From positions 14,445-78,444 of the forward strand of contig JBAZBL010000004.1 of assembly GCA_041671485.1 (NCBI GenBank): a stretch of 64,000 bases of DNA, in the 5' to 3' direction. Positions 27,170 through 36,249 of this stretch are shown one piece after another (the first letter of the stretch is position 1; each line of letters opens with the position of its first letter). The notes below the pieces were generated by a model. The model did not search any database, was not told the DNA's origin, and saw only the letters and a list, made by a program, of their open reading frames with translations. Position numbers and translations under genes: made by a program. The DNA is from Minisyncoccota bacterium. GTDB taxonomy: Bacteria; Patescibacteriota; Minisyncoccia; Phycocordibacterales; PALSA-1337.

Positions 27170-28465
27170 ATGAAAAAGCTCATAATCATAATCACAATAC
27201 TGATTCTCGTACTCGCTGGTGCTTTTGCTTATTGGTATTTTTTCTTTCGTATTTCAATTGACACAATTCCAGATGATGGTTCGGCAAATCCAGCAGATTC
27301 TGGTTTTATACCCTTTGACAGGCCAGGAATAGGTACTGGGCGAGGGACGGGAGGTGCAACGACAACAGGTACAGGTACAACACAGGGTGATGTGCCGATG
27401 AGAATACCAGCACTCCGACAGTTGAGTGCAACACCTATTGGAGGATACTCTGCAAGCACTACAGCAAGCACAACCGTTGTTAGGTGGGTAGATAGAGGTA
27501 GAGGCAATATTTATGAGGCTGGGATGGATTCTGTGACAATAAAGACTATATCAAATACACTCCTGCCAAAAGTATATGAAAGTTGGTGGAATAAGAATAA
27601 TACAACATTCATTGGTCAATATATGGCAGGAGACAGTGATGCCGTAACAACTGTTATAGCAAACATAATAAAAAGGCCTTCTATTACAACATCTTCTGGA
27701 ACATCATCACCGAATATACAAAATCCCAGTGAAACTATCTATGAATTGAAAGGTAAGATTGTATCTGGAAATGTAATAGGCACAGCGTCTTCTCCAAAAA
27801 GAGATAGGATATTAGTGATCACAAATGAAAATAATAATGCTGTCGGTTATATCTCAAACTTTGATGGCAGTAAACAAGTTCAAATATTTAGCTTGCCATT
27901 TGTACAACTCGTAGTTGAATGGCCAGAAGAGAATACAATAGCAATAACTACAAAAGCCGGTGCTTCATATCCTGGATATTTGTACTTTATCAATACAAAA
28001 ACTGGTGTAGTCAAATCTATTCTCGGAAATATACCCGGCCTAATCACCAAAGTTAGCAAAGATGCAAATAAAGTTCTTTATTCTTCTGGAGACAACAATA
28101 ATATAAGTACAGCATTATTTGATGTAAAAACCAAAAAAACTAGTCTTGTAATATTCAAAACACTGGCTGATAAGTGTGTTTGGTCAAGTACTTTCAAAGA
28201 AAATATCTATTGCGGAGTATCTTCACAAATACCAAACGGTACATATCCAGATACCTGGTATCTAGGAATAAACTCTTTTATAGATAGCGTATGGGCCTTG
28301 AATTCAAAAGATGGCGACGTTAGACAGGTGGCAGATCTCTTGAATCAAAACAGCGTTATTATAGACATAATAAATCCTAGTCTTAGTGAAGATGAGAATT
28401 ATCTTTTCTTCATGAATAAGAACGATATGTCACTGTGGTCGTTGGATCTGGTGGCATCAAACTAA
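27170..28465 (+). CDS. Signal-anchored protein with a Gly/Thr linker and a beta-propeller-like domain
   Basis: N-terminal anchor, a GTGRGTGGATTTGTGTT low-complexity linker, then repeated strand-rich segments. Confidence 0.4.
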   Translation: MKKLIIIITILILVLAGAFAYWYFFFRISIDTIPDDGSANPADSGFIPFDRPGIGTGRGTGGATTTGTGTTQGDVPMRIPALRQLSATPIGGYSASTTASTTVVRWVDRGRGNIYEAGMDSVTIKTISNTLLPKVYESWWNKNNTTFIGQYMAGDSDAVTTVIANIIKRPSITTSSGTSSPNIQNPSETIYELKGKIVSGNVIGTASSPKRDRILVITNENNNAVGYISNFDGSKQVQIFSLPFVQLVVEWPEENTIAITTKAGASYPGYLYFINTKTGVVKSILGNIPGLITKVSKDANKVLYSSGDNNNISTALFDVKTKKTSLVIFKTLADKCVWSSTFKENIYCGVSSQIPNGTYPDTWYLGINSFIDSVWALNSKDGDVRQVADLLNQNSVIIDIINPSLSEDENYLFFMNKNDMSLWSLDLVASN

Positions 28466-28487
28466 TAGGATAGACGGGGTGTCAAAA

Positions 28488-29240
28488 TCAAACTTTAGAA
28501 GTCATCAAATATTTTCTTTTGACGAATAATTCTTGTCCGAGGGTAAATAATGCACTTACTGACCAGTAAAGGGCAATAGTTGATGCTGCTTGTGGGAATT
28601 TGGCTGGTATAAGCCAATATATAGAAGCAAAAGCCAATATTGGCAACATATATTTCATCTGTTTATTCATCGAAGCTGCAATGTCTGGCATACCTTGGTT
28701 CTGCTTACCGGTATTTGATGATGTCTGAAATTGTTTTCCAGCCAAAGAATAATGTAGCTGAATATATTGTGCTATTGCAGTCAAAATAGCCAGTATCAAA
28801 CTTGGTTTTGTCAGGTCTATCAAACCAAGAAACATTGTATTTACTATTGGTATATCTATAAATGAATATAAATATTCTGGATTTATAGTAGGAATAATCT
28901 TATAGAAAACAGACAGTAGAGCTAGAAGTATAGGCAATTGAATAATAATCAAAAGAATACCAGCAAAAGGTTTAACGCCTTTGGCTTTGTACAATTCCAT
29001 TGTCTTTAGTCCTTGATTTTGACGATCATTTGCATATTGTTCTTTGATTCTCCTTGTCTCTGGCTCTATTTCTTTCATTTTTATCTGTGTAATTATTGAG
29101 ACTTTGGAAAGATGAAATAGTGCCAATTTTACAATAAGTGTAAAAATAATAACTGCGACACCTAGATCTGCCCACGGCAAAAAATCCATAATACCGACGA
29201 GGCCATTGTAAAGTGGTAAAAATATAAGATTGTGGTACAT
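28488..29240 (-). CDS. yidC: YidC/Oxa1-family membrane protein insertase (short form)
   Basis: 250-aa polytopic protein in the conserved rpmH-rnpA-yidC position. Confidence 0.75.
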   Translation of the reverse strand: MYHNLIFLPLYNGLVGIMDFLPWADLGVAVIIFTLIVKLALFHLSKVSIITQIKMKEIEPETRRIKEQYANDRQNQGLKTMELYKAKGVKPFAGILLIIIQLPILLALLSVFYKIIPTINPEYLYSFIDIPIVNTMFLGLIDLTKPSLILAILTAIAQYIQLHYSLAGKQFQTSSNTGKQNQGMPDIAASMNKQMKYMLPILAFASIYWLIPAKFPQAASTIALYWSVSALFTLGQELFVKRKYLMTSKV

Positions 29241-29247
29241 ATTTTAA

Positions 29248-29601
29248 CTATACACTATTTGGCTTTATAGTTCGACTTTGGGGTTTTGCAAAAATTGAGA
29301 TCAAGTCTTTTTTCATTTCTTCCTGTTTTATGCCAGAAATATCGCTTTTTGCAATAATGATTGCGTGTAAATTGGTTGGAATAGTATCAAAAATGCTTCC
29401 AACGGCTTCATACATCACCCTTCTTGATCGGTTTCTCTTTGATGCTTTACCTAGTATTTTCTTTGGCATAACAACTGAAACTTTGGTGTATTCTGCATCT
29501 TGTAGGACTCTTATAAGAAAAAACTTAGACGGAGTCAGTTTACCCCTCTTTATAACCTCGTCAAATTGCTTGGTATTTAACCTTTGGGATTTTTTTAGCA
29601 T
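29248..29601 (-). CDS. rnpA: Ribonuclease P protein component
   Basis: 117 aa, basic, with a conserved RNR motif; immediately follows rpmH. Confidence 0.8.
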   Translation of the reverse strand: MLKKSQRLNTKQFDEVIKRGKLTPSKFFLIRVLQDAEYTKVSVVMPKKILGKASKRNRSRRVMYEAVGSIFDTIPTNLHAIIIAKSDISGIKQEEMKKDLISIFAKPQSRTIKPNSV

Positions 29602-29602
29602 A

Positions 29603-29737
29603 CTAAACAGAGATCTTCCTCCTTCCTTTGGCTCTACGTCTAGATATAGCCTTCTTTCCGCCAGGAGACTTCATCCTCATCCTAAATCCGTGCTTTTTTG
29701 CTCGCTTTCTTCTATTTGGTTTATACGTAAATGACAT
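29603..29737 (-). CDS. rpmH: 50S ribosomal protein L34
   Basis: Hand-translated 44 aa: [44 protein letters not shown]. Below the 60-aa ORF-track cutoff. Confidence 0.85.
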   Translation of the reverse strand: MSFTYKPNRRKRAKKHGFRMRMKSPGGKKAISRRRAKGRRKISV

Positions 29738-29915
29738 AGTGAGATAAGTATTGCATTTTTATTATCTCCATGCAAATTAGAGAATCAATTCTCTAGACGT
29801 GGATCCCCGCTTTCGCGGGGATGACACAATAAAATAGTTCTCCACAGCTTATCAACATACTTTTGATGTCTCCACAAGTTCCCAAAATTATAAACAGGTA
29901 TATAATGCAAACAAT
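29738..29915. promoter_or_regulatory. dnaA upstream region with three co-oriented DnaA-box-like 9-mers and the 28-nt hairpin repeat; candidate oriC part 1
   Basis: TTCTCCACA (29838), TTATCAACA (29849) and GTCTCCACA (29868) against the TTATCCACA consensus. Confidence 0.5.
29800..29827. repeat. Second copy of the 28-nt hairpin repeat (see 21685)
   Basis: Exact match to 21685-21712. Confidence 0.8.
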
Positions 29916-31262
29916 ATGAATGACCATGAACAAATATGGCAAACAGCTTTGCTTGAGATGCAATCTATTGTTTCTTCGGCAAATTATTCTACATGGGTAA
30001 AGACAACAAAGATTGTACGCGAAGAGGGTGGTACTATTTTCTTGGGTGTTCCAAATGAATTTACACGACAGTGGTTATTGAAAAAGTGCCACAACTCTAT
30101 TTTGCGTATATTGAGACAATTGAATGAACACGTGAGGGCTCTTGAATACGTCGTTCTGCGAGATGAGGAGCAAAAAAGAGAAGAGGCCAGAAAGAAATCT
30201 TCATTGGCCCCGACAATGGCAATGCCTCTTGAAAATTACTATATCAATAAAGAAGATAATCTAAATTCTAGATATACTTTTGAGAATTTTGTTGTTGGCC
30301 CATTCAATGAGTTGGCCCATGCGGCTGCACATACGATAGTAAAAGCGCCTGGTCAGACGTACAATCCACTATTTATATATGGAGGTACAGGAAGGGGCAA
30401 AACTCATTTGATACAAGCAATAGGGAATAGAGTGAAGGAGCTTTTCCCAAATAAAAAAGTGTTTTATCTCACAGCCGAACGGTTTGGATCCGATTTTTTC
30501 GACGCACTTCAGACAAACAAGGCTCAACAATTCAAAGAAAAATACAGAAAGTACGATGTTTTGATAATGGACGATATCCAATTCTTTTCTAGTAAAGATA
30601 AATTCCAAGAAGAATTCTTCCACCTATTCAATGTTTTTCATGATAGCTCTAGACAATTGGTATTTTCGGCCGATCGCCATCCAAATATCATACCCGACCT
30701 CGAAGACCGTGTACGTGGCAGGTTCAATGCTGGTATGGTGATAGATATATCCGAATTGGACAAAGAATCACGCATGGCCATAATCAAGGCCAAATGTGCA
30801 ATGAGTAATATCACCTTGCTTGAAGAGATAGTTGACTATCTGGCTGTTGAAATTGAGGATAATATAAGAGAAATTGAAGGTATTATAAATATAATAACCC
30901 ATAATACTTTCCACAAAGGACGAGTTTTGAATCTAAATGAGATAAAGACTATACTAAAGAACAGCATAAAACCCAAAAAGATGCTCTCTGTAAAGGATGT
31001 AGTCAAAACTGTTTGCACTTTTTATAATATAGAGGAGGACAATATATATAGCAAAACTAGGAAAAAAGAGGTGGTTAAGCCACGTCAAGTGATTATGTAT
31101 ATTCTTAGAGAAGATTATAATATTTCATTCCCTTCAATAGGTGATAAACTTGGTGGTAGAGACCATACAACGATAATACACTCTTATGAAAAAGTTAAAG
31201 ATGATTTGAAAAGTGATAATTTACTAGCACAAGAAATATTACAATTAAGAACCATGCTTTGA
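29916..31262 (+). CDS. dnaA: Chromosomal replication initiator protein DnaA
   Basis: AAA+ motifs (GGTGRGKTHL; Walker B LIMDDIQF) and the C-terminal DNA-binding domain. Confidence 0.95.
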   Translation: MNDHEQIWQTALLEMQSIVSSANYSTWVKTTKIVREEGGTIFLGVPNEFTRQWLLKKCHNSILRILRQLNEHVRALEYVVLRDEEQKREEARKKSSLAPTMAMPLENYYINKEDNLNSRYTFENFVVGPFNELAHAAAHTIVKAPGQTYNPLFIYGGTGRGKTHLIQAIGNRVKELFPNKKVFYLTAERFGSDFFDALQTNKAQQFKEKYRKYDVLIMDDIQFFSSKDKFQEEFFHLFNVFHDSSRQLVFSADRHPNIIPDLEDRVRGRFNAGMVIDISELDKESRMAIIKAKCAMSNITLLEEIVDYLAVEIEDNIREIEGIINIITHNTFHKGRVLNLNEIKTILKNSIKPKKMLSVKDVVKTVCTFYNIEEDNIYSKTRKKEVVKPRQVIMYILREDYNISFPSIGDKLGGRDHTTIIHSYEKVKDDLKSDNLLAQEILQLRTML

Positions 31263-31507
31263 TTTATATAACTTAATGTTGGTAACCTGTTGATAAGATG
31301 TTAATAAAATTGTTAATAATTTATTAAAAAACAATATTATAAAAGTTATTATAAAAATAAATACAAGTTATCAGATAAATATAATGTTTCAAATATAGAA
31401 AATAGTAAGATAAACATAAACATATAAACAATCACTTTAACTTCTCAACATATCCACACTACTAATAATAAATATGTGTATATATTTTAAAAAATAATTT
31501 AACTATT
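31263..31507. promoter_or_regulatory. Very AT-rich dnaA-dnaN spacer with DnaA-box-like motifs; candidate oriC/DNA-unwinding element
   Basis: ATATCCACA (31451) and TGTTGATAA (31289, reverse orientation), both 8/9 to consensus. The 245-nt spacer is almost devoid of G/C. Confidence 0.5.
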
Positions 31508-32617
31508 ATGAAAATGGAAATAGGATTCCAAGAGTTTAAAAAGTCTATCATATCAGTAGATCATGTAGCGGGTAAGCATATGACATTACCAGTTTTATCA
31601 TGTCTTCTTTTTGATGTGAAAAAGAATTTCTTGACAATAAAAGCAACAAATTTGGATATTGGAGTAGAAATCATTATTCCAATAAAATCCGACAAAGAAG
31701 AACAAATTGCTATTCCAGCCTCTGTTTTATCTTCATTTATATCTCAAATTTCTGATTATGATGGTATTGTAAAAATTGAATTAGTATCAGGTAATCTACA
31801 AATAAATACAATAAAATCAAAAGGTATTGTAAAAACAGTGCCACATGAAGATTTTCCTAGTATTCCTACGGTTCAAAATGGACAAAAAACTGTTATTTCT
31901 CCTAATATGATAGTCAAAGGTCTTCGAGCAGTTTGGTATAGTGCCTCTGTTTCTAGTGTAAAACCAGAATTATCTAGTGTTTATATTTATTCCAAGGACA
32001 ATCAACTAGTCTTCACTTCTACAGACTCTTTTCGTTTGGCAGAAAAGAAAATACAATTGAGTTCAAAGTCAACAATTGGAGATATATTGATTCCGTTCAA
32101 AAATGTAGGTCATATTATAAGACTTCTAGAGTCATTTTCAGATAATGTAGATTTAGAAATAAGCAAAAACCTGATTTCTTTTGAAATAGCCAATAAAATA
32201 AAGGTAACATCTAGAGCTATAGACGGAGTTTTTCCTGATTATAAACAAATAATTCCAAAAAGTTATACAACAGAAGTTATTTTATTGAAACAAGACCTAC
32301 TTAGTGCCTTGAAGGTATCAAACGTTTTCTCTGATAAATTCAATCAAGTTCACTTTACAATAGATCCAAAAGCAAAGATATTTGAAATTCAAACAAAAAA
32401 TAATGATATTGGAGAAAATAAAACAACAGTAGACGCCGCTATAACAGGGGAGAAAATAGAGATAAACTTCAATTATAAATATATTGTTGACTGTTTCCAA
32501 TCTGTCGAGTCAGACAGCATGTCTTTGCAACTCTCCGGATCCAACCGCCCAATGGTTATCCGCCCAGTTTCTGGAGATCAATCATTTATGTATCTTGTAA
32601 TGCCGATGAATAGATAA
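31508..32617 (+). CDS. dnaN: DNA polymerase III beta sliding clamp
   Basis: 369 aa with a three-domain clamp pattern; the conserved C-terminal MPMR-like motif is present as LVMPMNR. Confidence 0.9.
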   Translation: MKMEIGFQEFKKSIISVDHVAGKHMTLPVLSCLLFDVKKNFLTIKATNLDIGVEIIIPIKSDKEEQIAIPASVLSSFISQISDYDGIVKIELVSGNLQINTIKSKGIVKTVPHEDFPSIPTVQNGQKTVISPNMIVKGLRAVWYSASVSSVKPELSSVYIYSKDNQLVFTSTDSFRLAEKKIQLSSKSTIGDILIPFKNVGHIIRLLESFSDNVDLEISKNLISFEIANKIKVTSRAIDGVFPDYKQIIPKSYTTEVILLKQDLLSALKVSNVFSDKFNQVHFTIDPKAKIFEIQTKNNDIGENKTTVDAAITGEKIEINFNYKYIVDCFQSVESDSMSLQLSGSNRPMVIRPVSGDQSFMYLVMPMNR

Positions 32618-32631
32618 TTATTTTTTCACAG

Positions 32632-32895
32632 ATGTTCAATATAAGTAATTTTCTAAAAAGGATTCAAAGTACTAGAACAAAAGAACTATATACAAGATCA
32701 CAAATTATAGACGTATTGAAGAAGCTTTTGCCTATAGATTTAGCAGAAGAAGGTATTATTATTAAAAATAATACAATAAAAATAAAAAACATCTCTCAAG
32801 GCGCAAAAACCACTATCTTTATGAAGAAACAACAAATTCTTGATGAAATAAACAAAACAGCAGGATCAAACTTGAAAGATATTTTATTTTTCTAA
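32632..32895 (+). CDS. DUF721/DciA-like small protein downstream of dnaN
   Basis: 87 aa. Its pattern (L.P.DLAEEG.I.KNNT.KIKN.SQGAKTTIFMKKQQILDEINK) resembles DUF721, and its position matches the conserved dnaA-dnaN neighbourhood. Confidence 0.4.
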   Translation: MFNISNFLKRIQSTRTKELYTRSQIIDVLKKLLPIDLAEEGIIIKNNTIKIKNISQGAKTTIFMKKQQILDEINKTAGSNLKDILFF

Positions 32896-35412
32896 TGAGA
32901 AATTGACGACAGCTTGGCCTTTATTGGAAACTTTATCATAAAGAATGACAGACAAAGTGTTGTTTTCACTCGTAAGATTACCAATATCATTTGGTATGAA
33001 AGAGAAGGTGAGTGGATTTGATACGGATGTAAGTATCAATTTTCCATTGACATATACTTCTGTTTTTTGTGGAGGGTAACTTCCTTCAGACTTCAATTCT
33101 ACGGATAATATTTGATTTGGATTGATTGGAGAATTGTTTATTGGTTTTACAATAGTTATTTTTGGTGATTTTTCTGGAGTATGCACGTCATCAGTTTCTG
33201 TTGGTATTACAATATTTGTCACTTCCTGAAGCTCTGGATGTGATACTTGATATTCTTTGAACCAGTTTCTAACTCCATATTCCCAACTTTCATACTGTGA
33301 GTCATTTTCAGGATGTTCTGGTATTGGGCCTGTGGGGTTATCTTTATTAACCCAGTGCAAAATTGAATGAACACTTGGGAAAATAACTTCTTCTTGTAAT
33401 TCGGCCGGAGTGTATTCGGTTGCAACCTTTCCAGAAACCTTGTCTTTCCAATAAGAGACTCCGCTCTGCCATATGCCACGCAGCGCCGGCTTTGTTTTTT
33501 CTTGTTGCGGAGCTGGCGGTACAAAAGATTCTTGTGGAAATTTCTTGATAACCTGGGACGTAAAAGAACCCCATAAAGGTGAAATGATAAGGCCAGCAAT
33601 ATTATGTTGCATCGGTGTATTGTCACTATTTCCAGCCCACGCACCAACGACCAAACTTGGTGTATATCCAACTGTCCAAACATCACGATAGTCATTTGTC
33701 GTACCTGTTTTTATTGCTACCTGGTTCCCAACACTATCGGCTATTGGTTTTAGACTATTCATCCTGATATTTTTATCAGATAGAATATCAGAAATTTGTC
33801 TTACAATCTCTGGATCTATGACCTGTGATGGATTTGTAGTACTCTTTTCCATCACATTTCCGTTGGAATCATAAACTTCCAATACTGAACGATATGGATT
33901 TCTTATACCATCGTTTGCAAATACACCATATGCACTCGTAAGGTCTAGGAGAGAAACCTCTCCACCGCCCAATACAAGTGTCAATCCATAACGATTGGGA
34001 TCATTTAGAGATGTTATGCCCATATCTTCTGCTGTTCGTATAGAATCATTTATTCCAGATAAATAAAGTGTCTTTACTGCAGGAATGTTCCTAGATTGAG
34101 CAAGAGCCTGCCTTATGGTGAGCGGACCCATAAAAATCTCATCAAATTCATCAGGAGAATAGCAGACTTTTTCTGGATCAGAGCCAGAGTTTTTTGGTGT
34201 TCCGTCTGGATTACATAGGGAAGAAAACTCTGTTCTTACATCAAAGAGCACAGTTTCTGGAGTATATCCTTTCTTGAATGCTGTTGCATATACAAATGGT
34301 TTGAAAGTAGAGCCGGGTTGTCTTTTTGCTAGGGCAACGTTGTAATTGCCATCAATAGAAGCGTCAAAATAATCTCTCGATCCAACCATTGTCAAGATAT
34401 CTCCAGTTTTTGGATCTATTGCAACCATTGCAGTATTGCTTGCATTGAAATTTGTAGACAGTGTTGGAGCAAACTTCGCAATAACTTCCTCTGCCTTTTG
34501 TTGCATTTCAAAGTCCAGCGTTGTTATTATCTTTAGTCCACTACCGTTAACCATTTCTTCACCATATTTTTGTACTAGATAATCTTTTACCATCATTACA
34601 AAGTGAGGCGCTCTTATACCAGAAGAATTTTTTGACAAGAATTGAACCTTTTCTTCGATAGCCGTTTTGTAATCAGCATCAGATATCATATTTTGTTCTT
34701 TCATGCGCAAAAGAACGGTCTTTTGTCTTGCATTCAAATCTTCTCTATGTGTTCCATAAGGAGAAAAATATGTTGGTGCTTGTGGTATTGCTGCTATATA
34801 TGCCGCCTCCGCAAGACTCACTTCTTTTGCTGGTTTACCAAAGAATGACATACTTGCTTCTTCGACCCCATATACTGTTCCTCCATAAGGGCTTTCATTT
34901 AGATATACCTCAAGAATTTGATCTTTCGTCATAATTTTTTCCAGTTTGACCGCCAATACCATTTCTTTGAGTTTCCTAGTAATTGTTTTGTCTTTTGTGA
35001 GAAGGGAGTTCTTTACCACCTGTTGTGTGATCGTTGACCCGCCCTGTTTTACAGATGCAGAAGTAAAGTTTGCTATAGCCGCGCGTACCATAGAGAGGGG
35101 TCTTATGCCAGAATGGGAATAGAAGTCAGCGTCTTCTATTGCTATTGTTGCTTTTTGTATGTATGGAGATATTTCGGACAAAGAGACGATAGTTCTTTTT
35201 ACATCGGTATTCAGATCATATAAAAGTATTTCACCTGTTCGATCGTATATTTTTGTTGATTGTGTGACTACACGATGTTCAAATGCATTCAGGTCAGGCA
35301 TTCGGAGAGTTGTAATCCACAGTGCAGATATACCAGCAATAATAAACATTATTGAAAAGACAAACATGATTAGGCCCCATAAAAAGCGCCTTTTCTTGGA
35401 ACGGTGAGACAT
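32884..35412 (-). CDS. Class A penicillin-binding protein (bifunctional transglycosylase/transpeptidase)
   Basis: GT51 motifs (EDADFYSHSGI, GGSTITQQ) and transpeptidase motifs (STFKP, SxN-like, KTGT); long C-terminal extension. Confidence 0.9.
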   Translation of the reverse strand: MSHRSKKRRFLWGLIMFVFSIMFIIAGISALWITTLRMPDLNAFEHRVVTQSTKIYDRTGEILLYDLNTDVKRTIVSLSEISPYIQKATIAIEDADFYSHSGIRPLSMVRAAIANFTSASVKQGGSTITQQVVKNSLLTKDKTITRKLKEMVLAVKLEKIMTKDQILEVYLNESPYGGTVYGVEEASMSFFGKPAKEVSLAEAAYIAAIPQAPTYFSPYGTHREDLNARQKTVLLRMKEQNMISDADYKTAIEEKVQFLSKNSSGIRAPHFVMMVKDYLVQKYGEEMVNGSGLKIITTLDFEMQQKAEEVIAKFAPTLSTNFNASNTAMVAIDPKTGDILTMVGSRDYFDASIDGNYNVALAKRQPGSTFKPFVYATAFKKGYTPETVLFDVRTEFSSLCNPDGTPKNSGSDPEKVCYSPDEFDEIFMGPLTIRQALAQSRNIPAVKTLYLSGINDSIRTAEDMGITSLNDPNRYGLTLVLGGGEVSLLDLTSAYGVFANDGIRNPYRSVLEVYDSNGNVMEKSTTNPSQVIDPEIVRQISDILSDKNIRMNSLKPIADSVGNQVAIKTGTTNDYRDVWTVGYTPSLVVGAWAGNSDNTPMQHNIAGLIISPLWGSFTSQVIKKFPQESFVPPAPQQEKTKPALRGIWQSGVSYWKDKVSGKVATEYTPAELQEEVIFPSVHSILHWVNKDNPTGPIPEHPENDSQYESWEYGVRNWFKEYQVSHPELQEVTNIVIPTETDDVHTPEKSPKITIVKPINNSPINPNQILSVELKSEGSYPPQKTEVYVNGKLILTSVSNPLTFSFIPNDIGNLTSENNTLSVILYDKVSNKGQAVVNFSLEK

Positions 35413-35435
35413 AGACTATATTATAGCAGAGTTTA

Positions 35436-35633
35436 TTATTGCTCCCATCTATCGTTAAATGGATCCAGGTCTCCGTCATCGAATCCAGCAACATCAGCAG
35501 TATCGGCCTCAACATCTTCTGTTTCCAGAGACGGATCATCAACTAGGACATCATTTACTTCTGCAATATCGCTCTCTAGTATAGCGATTTCATCTGTAGA
35601 TATTTTTCTTATATCATCTTTTACACTAGACAT
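35436..35633 (-). CDS. Small highly acidic hypothetical protein upstream of the PBP gene
   Basis: 65 aa rich in Asp/Glu; co-oriented and abutting the PBP start. Confidence 0.3.
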   Translation of the reverse strand: MSSVKDDIRKISTDEIAILESDIAEVNDVLVDDPSLETEDVEADTADVAGFDDGDLDPFNDRWEQ

Positions 35634-35719
35634 AACACTTTTATTATTTAACTAATAATCAAGTGTCTAATTTGTACCAAAGCTAATGGAAATTGGCAAG
35701 AACAAAGGGCTGTGGATAA

Positions 35720-36193
35720 TTATTTCCTTATCCTAGCACTATGGGTGAGAGCAACAGCTATTGCATCGTATTCATCATCGTGTTTTTTGTCTGAAATATC
35801 TACCAAGAGGTGTACCATCTTTATCATCCTTGTTTTATCACTTGTACCGTCGCTCGTAATGGCGGTTTTTATTTCCATAGGACTATATTCAAATACGTCC
35901 ACACCCATTTTTATTGCTTCATATATTATGATACCTCTTGCTTCGGCCACGCGCATGGCAGTTTTTTGATTCTTGGTTATAAAAAGTGTTTCTATAGCAA
36001 TTGCTTCTGGACTAAACTTTTCCAAAATACGAACAATCTCATCGCCTATCATTGATAGGCGTTTGTATATAGTGTCCTTCGAAAGGGTAGTGAAGCAATC
36101 TGAATACAGCACTACCTCTTTCTTTTTGGGCAGTTTTTCTATTATTGCTATACCGAGCCTGTCATAACCCGGATCTATTCCAAGGATTTTCAT
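35720..36193 (-). CDS. ruvC: Crossover junction endodeoxyribonuclease RuvC
   Basis: N-terminal ILGIDPG motif and RNase H-like fold signature. Confidence 0.9.
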   Translation of the reverse strand: MKILGIDPGYDRLGIAIIEKLPKKKEVVLYSDCFTTLSKDTIYKRLSMIGDEIVRILEKFSPEAIAIETLFITKNQKTAMRVAEARGIIIYEAIKMGVDVFEYSPMEIKTAITSDGTSDKTRMIKMVHLLVDISDKKHDDEYDAIAVALTHSARIRK

Positions 36194-36249
36194 TTTTTAT
36201 TGTTTAATATTAGTATCGTGATTATTTTATCAATTAGAGACAAACAATA

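Noticed and set aside
29330-29734. 134-aa plus-strand ORF
   Set aside because: It is antisense to rnpA and rpmH, which are strongly supported by sequence and conserved gene order.
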